64,000 nt of DNA. It comes from the human T2T-CHM13v2.0 reference genome, Homo sapiens. Positions 44,536 to 61,632 of the stretch are shown here, piece after piece. The stretch lies in assembly GCF_009914755.1 (NCBI RefSeq), contig NC_060925.1; one strand, given 5' to 3'. The translations under genes were made by a program, and so were the position numbers. The stretch's first letter is position 1. Each line of letters opens with the position of its first letter. Under the pieces are notes generated by a model. The model was not told the DNA's origin. It searched no databases and saw nothing but the letters and a program-made list of their open reading frames with translations.

Positions 44536-44694
44536 CTTAGGCGAGGAGTCTCTCGTCTTTAGCAGAATCTGGTAGTTCAGTGGTTTCCAAAGAGAGTCAT
44601 CCGCCATGGCCACTGAAAACTGTGCGATGCATGGTATCAGGTGCTTTGTCACCCGTTCCTGGAATTTCTCTTCTCCCCCAAGCCTGTTTTCCAG
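44536..44694 (-). CDS. HEATR1: HEATR1 exon (LENRLGGEEK...DDSLWKPLNYQILLKTRDSSPK)
   Basis: 159 nt, in frame, GT-AG. Confidence 0.95.
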
Positions 44695-45063
44695 CTAGGA
44701 AGAGTAAGACAAAGACTTTGAACAACAAGTCTCATTTCTTTCTTCTGTTTGAAAAAATGTCCAACATACAAATATTTTACTATCTTTCATGATATTAGCA
44801 GGTTCAAAAACCAGGCATTATTCTAATACTCTCTAGGGCAAATGTATTGCCTTCTAGAACTCAAATGGAATCTCATACCCTTTATCATCGCCCCTTTCTC
44901 TCCAGCAGAACATCTCAGAGGAGCTCTTTGCTCCAGAGGACAGCCATGCTCTGACACGTTCTCAGTGAGGCCCAGTTAAAACAAATGAATACATTAACCA
45001 TGACAGCTTATATCATGTCTGTCTTTTGAGCAGTTTAAAAAATAAAAAATAAAAAATAACTCA

Positions 45064-45405
<342 letters not shown>

Positions 45406-45552
45406 TCAAATAAAACATTTCATTAAAAAGACCAGAAAAAACAACCTTACAAAGAAAAATCCTAGCAAGCTGTCATTTGAGCAGATCTAAAACCTGCCAA
45501 GCTCGAACAGTGATGGCTTCCTCAGCAACGAAAGATGATTCTGTTTGGTTAC

Positions 45553-45707
45553 CTGATCCACCAGAGGCATCATCAAGGCTCCTGCTCTCTCTTTACTTAT
45601 AAAATGCTGGGTATCAAAAAGGAAGATTTTGTATAAACAGTTCAAAATAAACTGCAACAGCAAGCAGCACTTTTCAGGGTCATTTTCAGAGTCAAAAAAT
45701 GCTTCAT
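45553..45707 (-). CDS. HEATR1: HEATR1 exon (D-EAFFDSENDPEK...KERAGALMMPLVDQ)
   Basis: 155 nt, in frame. Confidence 0.95.
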
Positions 45708-46250
45708 CTGTAGACGTGGGAAGAGTAAAAATGAAAAAACACTGAACTTAACCATTTAATCTCCAATGTTTACATTGAAATCACTATTAAAATAACTAAA
45801 TCAGAAGAGTCTAAAATGATCTAGAAATCATAATCAGGACGAAGGCAGAACACAATGGATGGTCTCTCGAAGAATGATTCCTTCTTTTAGAGTTAAGATT
45901 CTAACACTCACTCTGGCAAGTTAAATTCCCTCAACTGTCAAGTGGGTCACGTATTAGCATTAGAGAATAAACTAATCTTAATTTTTGCGTTTTAAAGTTA
46001 CTTCCAGTAACTGACAGTAACGGCCATTTACTTTATTCTTTCTCCCAAGTGAGGTGACTTATAACATTCGCTCATCATGCTAAAACAACACTTCACTGTC
46101 TGACAACAATGAAGTAAAAAATTCACCCTCCTTAGCTTAGGACTTAAGAACCTCTAAAATCTTGCTTCCAAGCACTAGCTTGTGTCTTACTGGTACCTTG
46201 TATAAGGCACACAGGACAAGGGTGACAGCTGAACTGAAGCGACCACCCAC

Positions 46251-46419
46251 CTGTTTTGGAGATGTTCACCTGGTCCAAGGTGTCAGCAAAAGGCTTCACT
46301 AAGTGGCCGGCAAACAGAGTAAAAAGCCCTTTCAGCTTTTCAGCAATGCAATCTGCCAAGTTGTAAAATGTCAACAACCTGTCCTTTGGGGCATCTTCTG
46401 TTTTAGCCCAATCAAACAG
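46251..46419 (-). CDS. HEATR1: HEATR1 exon (LFDWAKTEDAPKDRLLTFY...TLDQVNISKT), BP28CT region
   Basis: 169 nt, in frame. Confidence 0.95.
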
Positions 46420-46505
46420 CTGAAAGGATAAGACAGTATTAGTTTCTTCGACATCTTGTCACTTAAATCTGAGCACAAAAGAGAGGAAGAGGAAGAAAGC
46501 GTCAC

Positions 46506-46610
46506 CTTGAAGAACAGGGGCCTGAATGTGACCTCGGAAAGTTTGACAACCATGGCTACTAGACAGTCAATGATACAATTTTCCGTTTTTCCAACTTCCT
46601 CCAGATCGTT
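46506..46610 (-). CDS. HEATR1: HEATR1 exon (NDLEEVGKTE...VKLSEVTFRPLFFK)
   Basis: 105 nt; KLSE..FRPLF BP28CT motif. Confidence 0.95.
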
Positions 46611-46759
46611 CTGAAAACAGAAGAGCCCATTTATTAGAGTGCTGATACCTGACTGTAAATTATTTTGGCAAGTACCACTGTTACACGGCTAGATTGTTCT
46701 CGGACTCTTCAATAGGTGGATAACAGCTTTAGGATTTGGAGGAGTGAACCTGAGCTTAC

Positions 46760-46894
46760 CTCAGAGTGCTGGGCTCGGAAGTCCAGGGCCTCCAGGAAAA
46801 AGGCGGTTAGCTGAGACTGATGGGAGGTGAGCTCTTCCTTCTTCATCGCCCCAATATGCTCTTGCAAGATGCTCATAAACGGACCCATGTGATT
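46760..46894 (-). CDS. HEATR1: HEATR1 exon (NHMGPFMSILQEHIGAMKKEE...ALDFRAQHSE)
   Basis: 135 nt, in frame. Confidence 0.95.
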
Positions 46895-47054
46895 CTACCA
46901 ATAACACAGGAAAAAGATGTGCCATTTTCAAATGATTCCTAGAGTTCAGCGGTGTGTATTTTTAAAAACTAAATCTTCTTCTTTAAGTCAAAGTTTACAC
47001 ATTGCAGTACCACCTCTCCCTTCTCCAAAGTCTTAATACCCAATAAGATCTAAC

Positions 47055-47213
47055 CTTCCAGTTCTTCTCAATCTGCTTGTAAGTTTTTTTGATGGCGGGC
47101 AACAGGACTCGGGGTGCAAGTGTGGTAGCCAGTGTCTTTTTAAGAGATGTGAGACGGATATTAGCCTGTGACGCAGAACCCATTTCACTAGTGATTTTCT
47201 CCAGATGAATCAC
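47055..47213 (-). CDS. HEATR1: HEATR1 exon (VIHLEKITSE...QIEKNWK)
   Basis: 159 nt, in frame. Confidence 0.95.
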
Positions 47214-48149
47214 CTACAGGAATATAAAAAAAGTGATCAGGGCCACTGCAGATCTTCGCTGACAAACACACACTTACAGAGAGGCTTCATGATGAGGTAC
47301 TAGTGTTTGGAAAATGCTTAGCACTTTTTAACTACACACAGAGTTCCTTTTAAAGTCAGCCCTAAACGTCAGTGGATAAAACTGGGCAGACACCTCTTGC
47401 CCAACTTGCGATCAGGGACGAAGGCCGATGGTAGACGCAGACGCACACACAGCACCCAGACAGATGATTTTCTTAGAGGACAGGAATGCAAGGGACCACG
47501 GCAAGAGTCAAGTTGCTAAAAAACTGAGAAAGCTCCTCAGAGCACAGGCCCCTTTCTCTGAGAAGGCTACTTTTAAACCCTGGCTGTGGTGTAAGTGAAG
47601 CGGTTTAATCATTTGCCCCATGGTAATGAAGGCTCCTAACCTTGTAAATGGCAAATGATCAACACAATGGAACAGCCAGGTCTCAACACTCTTGAGCATC
47701 TTCAATCATAAATACCACTGGCCCCTAGCGTGTTGACAGGAAACCGCTGACGTGCAATACAAAAATTCTGCTTTGCAAGATGCCTTAGGATTAAACCTCT
47801 CACAGTAGAAACAGGGCCCATCAATTTCCACAAGTAATAAAAGGCGGCTCTACCAGCCCAACTCCAAAGATCTCACAGAAGAAAAAAAAGCCAGAATACA
47901 TTCCGCACAATTAAAGAAGAGAAGCATCTCGCTAAAAAGTGACCCCCATATCAATTTCAAGATTAAGTGGCAAGGATGATGGAAGAGAAAAAGTACACAT
48001 TTAATAAAAGCAAGCACATCTCTTCAGAAATAAGACTCCTTTCTGTCAAACGGAAACTAACCCTTAAAGAAAAAACAAAATCACTACATTTGTGATCTTT
48101 TACCTTCCCCAGCCACCCTGCGTAGCATGTCGTGGCTATCGTGGCTCAC

Positions 48150-48300
48150 CTGGGAGAGAATGCCTTCCAGATAGGGGCTGATGAAGTGCGGGAGAGTCTC
48201 CACAACCTTCTGCAGAGCAGCCAAGGCACTGAGCAGGTAGACCTCGCTGGAGACCAGCTCGCTGGTGTTCTTCATTGTTGTCAGCAACGATGGCATCAGG
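48150..48300 (-). CDS. HEATR1: HEATR1 exon (LMPSLLTTMK...PHFISPYLEGILSQ)
   Basis: 151 nt, in frame. Confidence 0.95.
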
Positions 48301-48894
48301 CTAGAAACAAAGTAAGAGCTTTAGAAGAACTTGAAGCAGAAACAGAGGCTAGGGAATGGAGTAGAGGGCATTATGAAAAAAACCAGCAAACTGTGCCTAT
48401 TACATCGCTATCTGCCTCATAGCCTAAAAAGCAGTGTCTATACATTTTATGTGGCTAAGCACAAGAAATCTCCCAGTGCTAACAGTATGGACACAACAGT
48501 AATTTAAAAAATAACAATGTCTTTCATTAACTGAACACTTACTATGTGTCAGGCACTATGCAAAACTCCTTGCAAGCACTGCCCTACAGAAATCCTATGA
48601 GGTAGATACTGTCTCTGTTTTATAGACAGCAAAGCTCTAACAGGTTAAGGAACATACTGGCTGTACAGTAAGGAACTACCACAGCCAGGAGCTTCTAACT
48701 TCCAAATTTGGCAGCAGAAGGCAGCTTTGGCCTTGCCTAACTGGGTGGGCCCCTCTGCCAAGAACCTTCACCCACTGCTTTTTGACTATACTAGACAAAA
48801 GGAAGGAAGAATGGAGGACGATTAACACTGCAAAGCAGTGCATCTGAAGATAAACGGGAAGGCTGCATCTTTCTGTTTGAAGATTAATTATTTT

Positions 48895-49053
48895 TATTAT
48901 TATTTCTTTAAGAGACAGGGTCTCACTCTGTTGCCCAGGCTACAGTGCAGTGGTGCAGTCATAGCTCACTGCAGCCTCAAACTCCTGGGCTCAAATGATC
49001 TCCCTGCCTTGGCCTCCCAAAGTGCTGGGATCACAGCCGTGAGCCACCACACC
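48895..49053 (-). mobile_element. Alu monomer / internally deleted AluJ
   Basis: Short antisense Alu. Confidence 0.8.
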
Positions 49054-49191
49054 CTGCAAGATCAATTCTTTAACAAATTCCAATTTTATGCAACGTCTAC
49101 TCAGAGGAAAAAAAAAAAAAGTCACCAAAGTGTTATTTTTCAATGTGTGCCAGGCGGTAACAGCTCCTGTTCCAAGTCTCCGGCCGCATAC

Positions 49192-49484
49192 CTGGGAAGC
49201 TGGGGGATGGCCAGCGCCTCCAGGGTGGAGGTCACCTCTGCTATGCACAGCAGCGCGCTTCCCAAGACATTCTTCTCCTCCTTTCTCTCTGGAGCAATCA
49301 GTTTCACAGCAGTGCTCAGCACTGGGACAAAAGGATCTGGATTTTCTGCACCAAAATTCTTGCATAAAAGCTTTAAGGTATACAACGCTGTCTGTCTGTT
49401 GATTGCTTGTTCTTCTTCCCCTTCCTTTTTCTTATGCTGCACAATGGCCAAAAGGTCTGGAACCAGTTTTAGGAAACGGGTAAC
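49192..49484 (-). CDS. HEATR1: HEATR1 exon (VTRFLKLVPDLLAIVQHKKK...ALAIPQLP)
   Basis: 293 nt, in frame. Confidence 0.95.
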
Positions 49485-49949
49485 CTGAAGGGGACAGCCA
49501 GAATCCCCAAATCATTAAAGCTGCAAAAAATGTTTGTCCATTTTCCCATTGTCACAGCTTGAGATTGTCTAAATGGAAATCAGACTCGGGGGTCCTGAGT
49601 CACACAGTCATGCTAAGCGATGTGCATGTTCTAGCCAGTGTTTCACTTATACAAAGCACCCACTGATCTGGAGTAAAAGGGACTTAGAACTATGCTAAGG
49701 CTAAGGCCACGTAAGCTCTGTAGTAAGCAAGAATTCCACTAGGCTGAAATTCCATTCTAAGAGCTCTTACAACACACATATATTCCCGTTAGAATTAACG
49801 TCACATTTTAAAACATGTCATGGTATTATATTCAGATAATAATATACTTCAATTTGAAATTGTACCACTAGAGAAATTGAAGGGAGTTAAATGCAGCTCT
49901 TTGATAAAGCAAAGTACAGTAAATGGGTGTGTCCTGGGTCTTCACTCAC

Positions 49950-50090
49950 TATTGTCTTCTTCCAGGATATATTTTGCTGCAGCTTGTTATTCAAAAGGTC
50001 CAGCGCTTTGCGGCGAACAGATGGCAGGGGATTGCCCACCAGCCCTCTGATCACAGGAATGAATGTCTCTGTGGGCAGCAAGGCATTGAC
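49950..50090 (-). CDS. HEATR1: HEATR1 exon (VNALLPTETF...NISWKKTI)
   Basis: 141 nt, in frame. Confidence 0.95.
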
Positions 50091-50668
50091 CTAAAGAGAA
50101 ATTTTATATTTAACATGAAAAGAAAAACAAATTAAAAAAAAAATCAACTTCAATTAAGACAGACTGCTGTCCACTGCACACCTCCAGGCACCAGGCACTT
50201 CCACACACATTTTCTTATTTAATTCTTAAAATAACCTTTCAGGTAGGCATTACCAACCACACATTATCGAACAAAACAAAAGCCTGATGTCAGGAGGAAG
50301 TGCCAAAGGCATGCAGCTAAATGACTGAGCTAGATTTGAATCAGCAATCCTAACTTCGAGGCCAGTGATATGTATGTAATATACTTCATACTTTTATTTT
50401 ATTCCACTTGAATAAAGTAGAACAGTATATATTATATGACTTAATTATTAAAATATACGAGGTACATGTTCTCATAACTGGTAAGGAAACAATTTTTTCC
50501 AGACAAATCTATTTCTAGTCATCAAGAGATTGTTTTCTAAGAAAAATCTGAGCTTCATTATATTCATAAAAGGAATTGCTAAGTTTATTCTTAAAAACTT
50601 TACATAATTTCACAATAATTTAAAAAACAGCAACAAAACAGTAATTCCAGGGAGAAATGAACACCTAC

Positions 50669-50792
50669 CTTATCTAACAGGTCGTAAGCTTTACTAAGGA
50701 GCGCGCGCCAGAACTTCACGGTGAGTTTGTCTGCGTTCCTTTCCATGGACTGTGCAACTGCACTGATATAGCCGAGAACGGTCTCCAGCAAC
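50669..50792 (-). CDS. HEATR1: HEATR1 exon (LLETVLGYIS...AYDLLDK)
   Basis: 124 nt, in frame. Confidence 0.95.
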
Positions 50793-51156
50793 CTGAAACA
50801 CAGAGGCTCGCTCAGCAAACGGCAGCTGAAGAAACTCAGAGAACTTGTTCATGTCTACCTTATGCTAAATGTTTCAAGTAGAAAGACGAGTTAAATAATT
50901 CTGTACTAAATTATTTCAAAAACTACTCGGAAAGAAAGGAAATGAGGGATTATTGCCATAGACAGAGATCATCAAGAAGTAACTAGGCGCTTCTGTGCAG
51001 AAGCATCGACCTCGCTCAGACTCTGTGAGGTGCTGAATAAGCAACAGATGCTGAAAGCGTTTAAGGAACTCACTCATATCTAGCTCATGCTCAGTGGATC
51101 TCACTGGGCTGTCCAAGTGGGGTGTTCAGGGAGTTATGGCCCTAGGTTAATGGCAG

Positions 51157-51222
51157 GTGTGTGCGTGCACACACACACAGGCACACACACGCACACATAC
51201 ACATGCACACACACCATACACC
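51157..51222. repeat. Imperfect (CA)n microsatellite
   Basis: CACACA runs. Confidence 0.85.
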
Positions 51223-52178
51223 ATTTATATAAAGAGAAATATTAATAGAAATGAACATATAACCCACTTCTTTCACATTATTAGGAGACAAAAAAAAAGA
51301 CTACAAACTTCAAATAACTTGTAATTAGAAAAGCACACACCAAATTCCAACACAGCTGCCACTGGAGATCCCCCCACTGCTGCCAGCCTGAGGGGGGAGC
51401 TAGAGGGAAGAGTGGAGACAGAAGTTGACACCGCACAGCAGAGGAGGGGAGAAGGGGGCGCAGACAAAATCAGCTCCAAAAACGAAAGTCCTACGCATAG
51501 CGCTACAAGTCAGCCCACAGGACTGGAACTCAGCAGCTCACATTCCTGGCTGCAGGGCAGGCACTTTCCAGTGGAAGGGGCAGGACAGTGGCCCTGGGAA
51601 TGCCATGCATCTGAAAAGGAGGTACACAGCAAGGCCAGGAGGCAAACCCCGAGGACATGGGAGAGAAAGGAAAATTCCTGCACCCAAATATATAATGGCA
51701 GCATATGGATTAGAATCCACGGAATAAAGAATTCATGAGCCCATAGAAATCAGGGCCAGATTGAGACACTAAACAGATACTGCAACTCAATACAATACAC
51801 AGACTTGACATGGATCATGATGCAGAAACACATGCGGTGTAAAGGACAGTGTTGGGATAATTAGGGAGACTGGAGTATGAACTGTAGATTACATCACTGG
51901 ATTGGATCAATGTTAAATTTTCTGAATTTGATCAATGTACTGTGGTTTTATAAGAACATCTCTTATTCTTAGAGACATAATGTATATGATTTACTTTCAA
52001 ATGGCTCAGAGAAAAAACCCTACATAGGGAGAACGCTAAGGCAAATGTGGCAGAAAGTATTATCAAATGGTGAACCTGGTTGTAAAGAGTATATGAATTT
52101 TCTGTACTGTTTTTCCAGGTTTTCTATAAGTTTGAAGTCATTTCCAAATAAAAAGTAAAAAAAGAAAAGGAAACATAC

Positions 52179-52225
52179 CTCTCTTCAAGGCCTTTTAAAA
52201 TCTCAGGACCACCACTCTCAACTAC
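52179..52225 (-). CDS. HEATR1: HEATR1 47-nt exon (VVESGGPEILKGLEE-R)
   Basis: TAG| and AG|GTATG; required to keep the frame between neighbouring exons. Confidence 0.92.
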
Positions 52226-52599
52226 CTAATTTTTAAAGAAGACGTCATTAGAACGGTATGGAAGTCAATAATAAAAGTCATTTCAAGTCAGTTCAATGAA
52301 ACTCGGACCATTCACTGAAACCTTCCACAGCAACTGTTTTCTGACATTACAATTTAATCAGGTTCATAGCATCTTCATTATACTGTAGTAACTCTATTTC
52401 TCTTAATTTATTTTAATTATATTCTACTGGTAGTATCTAAAAAGTACTACAATGGTTCAGAAAAATACAGCAATCAACACTCAATTAGCACTACCGAATT
52501 CTATGACATGCTGATCTGGTGAGCTCACATATCCTTTGTTGAGAAGTTAAACATTACAGATTCAGCTGGAATCCCCCAAGTACTGCTCCTTGGTCCTAT

Positions 52600-55330
<2,731 letters not shown>

Positions 55331-55448
55331 TTTAAAGGCGTGCCTCCCATTTTCATGAGCCATTTACCAAGCTACTTCTACTGGTTGAGAACAGTTCCTT
55401 GGAGACAGCAGAATACCTTTTTATAAACACATTTAAAGAACACATTAC

Positions 55449-55612
55449 CTTTTTCAGAAAATTATTGGAAGACAGGAGCTGAGACATGAAGGACACTGAC
55501 AAAAATTTAAAATGCCGCAGTTGCTTGCTAGTGTGAGTCTCTACATTAAAAACCTGTAGCATTTCTTCTTGTGATTCACTCTTATTAAATGACACTGCTT
55601 TGGGAATGGTTT
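55449..55612 (-). CDS. HEATR1: HEATR1 exon (E-TIPKAVSFNK...SSNNFLKK)
   Basis: 164 nt, in frame. Confidence 0.95.
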
Positions 55613-56282
55613 CTGAAACAGCAATAAAACAAGTGACCTTACTCATTTTCACCTGAATCCTTCATACAGAATTAACAGATATAACCTTTCAAGTAAAGGA
55701 CAATTAACGGGATAACATTTTCCCAGAGAAATGTGTTCATCTATTACATCCAGTTTCTCCTCTTCTAAATTAGTGAAAAACGTGAGTGTATTTGCCAAGA
55801 GAGTACCCAGTGGCCCTGAGAAGCGAGTGTTTAAGACAAAAAACAAAACAGGGAAACTGGACAATCAAATGGAAGAAACCACATCACGGAAGGAGTCTCT
55901 GAACTTCCAACTGCAGGTGTAGATTTCTTTATTCAATGTGTCTAATGTAAATGGGGTTGGCAGTGCAGTGTTAAAAACCACTATCCTATAGAATGACTTA
56001 CTGCTAAGACACTTCCTTACCCACATCACCACATATACCACATACACCACATACTGTCCAGGGACCTCCCTCGTCTGTCCCTGCCAAACCTGAGCTGACT
56101 GCAGGATGGGACAAGTTACTGCCTCGCCAAACAGTGATGACAGGGCCAATGGCTGGCCACGCAGAAAACAGTCTCTGCGGAGCTCTTAGAGTACCTTCCT
56201 TCTAACGTGCCTTGTCGTTCTGCTTCGAATTGTAGAGAACTAAGAACTATCAACACGTCAACCCTTTCTTAATGAAAAAAAG

Positions 56283-56403
56283 TTTTTTTTAGAGATGGCG
56301 TCTTACTATGTTGCTCAGGCTGGTCTTGAACTGCGCTAAAGTGATCCTCCTGTCTCATTCTCCTGGGTAGCTGGGACCACAGGCTAACACCATCACACCT
56401 GGC
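56283..56403 (-). mobile_element. Alu monomer (FLAM-like)
   Basis: Short diverged antisense Alu. Confidence 0.7.
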
Positions 56404-56869
56404 TTCATCAACCCTTTCCTAAGCCAGCCTCAGTGGTGCTGCAGTTCGTGGGATTTTCTTCAAGGCTCTGCTGCATGGTACAATTTTAATATTTTGCTGC
56501 CACTCCTGTGGTACCTACTTTTTTTCTTTTCATGTAAATGTCTTCAGATATTTTAATGAGAAGCTGAGAGACAGCTAATGAGGTCCTGATCATTTACTGT
56601 CATTTGAACCTAACTCATCCTGGATACCAGCAACATTCCACAGCCAAGACGTCAGCGCAGAGCACAGAGGTATAAAAGACAATGTGTGAGGAATGGCAAA
56701 TGGAATTCCGACTATTTTCCATAAGGATTCAAGAAACTACACAATCAAATTAAAATGATTAACTTACTTTAAAAATCCTTCTGAAGATGTACTAAGGATA
56801 ACCTGCATTCTCTTCTGTTTCTCTTTAGCTTTCAGATTGAACAGTAAGTGACACCCGATCTACGCTTAC

Positions 56870-56996
56870 CTTCTTTTTCCTCTGGCAGCTTTAGTAAGTA
56901 CTGGAGGATATTCATCAAGCTTTGTATCTGATGCTGGACACTAAACTCACAACAGACTGAAAACCAAAATTCAGTGTCTGCTTCTAAAATAGCATC
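56870..56996 (-). CDS. HEATR1: HEATR1 exon (DAILEADTEFW...KLPEEKE)
   Basis: 127 nt, in frame. Confidence 0.95.
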
Positions 56997-57599
56997 CTGT
57001 GTAGAAAAAGAAAAAGGTAACAAATCTGTACTTAGGAATTGTGAAGGCATAATTTCAGGATAATGTGCGTTAGGATTTCTAGCAGAACAGAGTATACTAC
57101 TTTATTTACAGTGGGTCGAGATCTACTCCCAGATCCCATGTCTAAGAAGTCATTTAAAAATGGTCCTCGACTTATCCAAACAGGGCTTTATCCAAACAAT
57201 CACCTGTGTTTGTGTCTTACTGACTTCAGGGACACGGACGCTCCTCTATTTCCCCACAAACTGCCTTCAAAACCGCTTTGAAGAGACACTGTTTCATTAC
57301 TCTTCAGCCATACTCTGCTGGGCTTAAAAGAGAACCACTTGCGTGGCAGCAGAACTGTTTCTCAGAAAAGTTAATTCGCCTTCAGAAGATGTTTTGCTGC
57401 AACTGAGGATATTCAGAGTGCTATGGGCTCTGAATGCAATTTTTTAAAATGCCAAAAACCTTTTTGAAAAAGGTTCTGAGCAAAAAGGTTCTAAATAACA
57501 CACATTAGGCATCATCAGCCTCATGTTTAAACTGGACAATATCATAAAATCTGTGTGAGAAATCACCATTTTCCTTATCTTCCCACCCTAGGTTCTGAC

Positions 57600-57830
57600 C
57601 TTTTCGCCATAGGCAGCCGCCAGCACTGTTTTTGTGACATACTGTTCAAAAAGCAAGATGAGGAGAATCCAGAGGAATTTCTCTGCACCCAGTGTATCAA
57701 CAAGTTGAACAAGGATGGGCAGGCGCCTGTGCTCCGGGACGTGTGGCAGCGCATCCACAAATACACTAATGATTTTTACCACAATCTCTTCAACGTTTCT
57801 TGAAACTTCTATAGAATCTCCACTATCAGA
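57600..57830 (-). CDS. HEATR1: HEATR1 exon (SDSGDSIEVSRN...VFVDALPHVPEHRRL...AAAYGEK)
   Basis: 231 nt; conserved UTP10 FVDA.PHVP.HRR motif. Confidence 0.96.
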
Positions 57831-57942
57831 CTGCAAAACAGCAAGCAGAGACAATGAGTAGGTGCAAGTAATCTTCCACAAAACAAGTTTAGGTGAACAA
57901 GATAAGGCTTTTAGATGGGCCCCAAGAAATTGCCAGAAGAAT

Positions 57943-58684
57943 TTTATTTATTTTTTTAGAGACAGGGTCTTTCTCCGTGGCCCAGGCTGAAGTGCAGTGA
58001 TGTGATCATATCTCACTGCAGCCTGGATCTCCTGAGCTCAAAGAGATCCTCCTGCCCCAGCCTCCGAAGAAGCTGGGACATCCCAGGACCCCACCACCAC
58101 TTTTTAAAAATTTTTGTAGAGATGGGGTTTTGCTATGTTGACCAGGCTGTTCTCAAACTCCTGGCCTCAAATAATCCCACCTCAGCCTCCCAAAGTGCTG
58201 GTGTTACAGGTGCATGCCACCACACTCAGCCACAAGAGTTTTAATAATCAAAGGCCTAACAATAAATATTCAGTAAGTACCTGTCATGTCCCAAGCGCTA
58301 CTTAGCCCCAAGGGGAATACAAAGTGTACGATATGAGCCCTGCCCCAAAGGAGATTTATTTTCTGTATGAAACAGGATACATGGCTGGGCGCAGTGGCTC
58401 ACGCCTGTAATCCCAACACTTTGGGAGGCCAAGCTGGGCAGATCACCTAAGGTCAGGAGTTCAAGACCAGCCAGGCCAACATGGTTAAACCCATCTCTAC
58501 TAAAAATACAAAATTAGCCGGGCGTGGTGGTGCGTGCCTGTAGTCCCAGCTACTCAGGAGGCTGAGGCAGGAGAATCACTTGAAACCAGGAGGCAGAGGT
58601 TGCAGTGACCCAAGATCATGCCATTGCACTCTAGCCTGGGCAACAAGAGCAAAACTCTGTCTCAAACAAACAAACAAAAGAAAC
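57943..58684. mobile_element. Two Alus: - (57943-58232) and + (58384-58684)
   Basis: Alu consensus in opposite orientations. Confidence 0.9.
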
Positions 58685-59954
58685 AATACATGTGTGAAAA
58701 GATAACAGGAGGCAGTAATGGCAGATGCCAAATATGTGACACTGATAGCAAGTCTGCTTAGACTGCCTGGGAAGGCTGCACAAATCACACAGGATTTGGG
58801 TTGTGCCTCAAGAAGAATGAAGATAAGCAGAGCACAGAAAAGGCCAACAACTTCCTGCTGCTTTCAGAATAAAGTTTGAACCATTTTACTCCAGGTATTG
58901 GTGATCAAAATATAGTTGTTGAATAAATGACAGAAAGAATGACAGAAAACACTTGAATGAATGAATAAACCAACGTCTACCTGTCTCAACCCTCTGCTCT
59001 CCATCAATCAATCACCATTACATTCTTCAAACATGCTGTGCACATTCCTAGATCATGCCTTTTCTCATACTATTGGCTCTGCCATCACTGAACAAATCCC
59101 ATCCTTCTTTCACACCGGTACAAATTCTATTTCTTATAGAACTTTCTGGTCATCCTGGCCCATATAGACTTTCCCCTATTCTGAACTCTTTAGCATTTAC
59201 TTATTCGACTGGCACTGATCATATGAATGCATATTATTATTTTTCTTTTTAGGTATATATCCTATACTTGCCAACTTGGTGGACACTGAGAACACCAATC
59301 TAATACTAAGGTTAAAAGAAGGTGCTGAATATGGTCATCCCTCAGAGGGTCAATAGCATGAGAAAAGACATTAATTAACAAGTGAAGGGTACATAGACAA
59401 CTCAAGTAGATGAACAAGCTCTTTTACTCTTGAGGCTACTTTTAACTTTTGAATTGTTCATTCCTTACTGGGAGAGAGAACATCTCACCTCTCTCTCTGA
59501 GTTTAGCTCTTAGAGAATGCTTGGTAAACATTTGCTAAACTGCATGTTAACAAATTTGTCACTGTAGCTCTAAAAGTTCCTAGCCTCATCAACATGTAAG
59601 AAGGTATTATCAAACTGATGCAATGTCCTGAAATAGATGGTGGATGTCAATTTACCCCACCCGAATGATGTTAAGACACTTACAGTTACACACTCACAGC
59701 ACAGCAGAACCGGCTATAACACGTTTGTTTATATTATTGAGAAAGACATTGCCAAGACTGCTTCTTAGCTTCAATGTTCTAAAACTTAAGGGCAATGTAC
59801 TTGAGCATTTCAGAAAGGCTTTTATACAACTGTTGAGGATATTAAAAAAAAAAAAAACAAAAAAAAAAACTAAAAAAAAGGCTTTTAATGTCATTTATAT
59901 GCAAAATTTTTAAATTAAAAAAAGAAACCCCACGATGGTATAAAGAGACCTTAC

Positions 59955-60083
59955 CTGAATAAGTGCGGGAATAACCATTTTCACTGTCTTGTTAATAACT
60001 TGAAAACTGTAAGTATCATCTAGGCGCATGACATTGGCTCCCATAAATGTAAAAATAGACATGATATTGTGTAAAACTTTATC
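59955..60083 (-). CDS. HEATR1: HEATR1 exon (DKVLHNIMSIFTFMGANVMRLDDTYSFQVI...PALIQ)
   Basis: 129 nt; conserved UTP10 IFTFMG...R.DD.YS motif. Confidence 0.96.
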
Positions 60084-60135
60084 CTGAAAGAAAACACAAC
60101 TATCAACATTTTTTATTTCTGTTAATTTCTACTAA

Positions 60136-60415
60136 TTTTTTTTTCAAGAGATAGCGTCTCGCTCCGTCATTCAGGCTGGGATGCAGTGCAGTTGTGTGAT
60201 CACAGTTCACTGAAACCTTGGACTCCTAAGCTCAAGCAATCCTTCCACCTCAGCCTCCTGAGTAGCTAGGACTACAGGTGCATGCTACCCTGCCCAGCTA
60301 ATTTTTTTTCCTTTTCTGTTTTGTAAGGGTGGGGTCTCACTATGTTACCCAGGCTGGTCTTGAACTCCCAGGCTGGTCTTGAACTCCTGGCCACAAGTGA
60401 TATTCCTGCTCAGGC
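60136..60415 (-). mobile_element. Alu (AluJ-type)
   Basis: Antisense Alu with an internal 20-bp duplication. Confidence 0.85.
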
Positions 60416-60439
60416 TAACATTTTCCATTTCAACGATTC

Positions 60440-61632
<1,193 letters not shown>

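Noticed and set aside
48838-49488. Longest ORF in the track (216 aa, + strand)
   Set aside because: A chimera of an Alu fragment and the antisense of a HEATR1 exon; no independent coding evidence.
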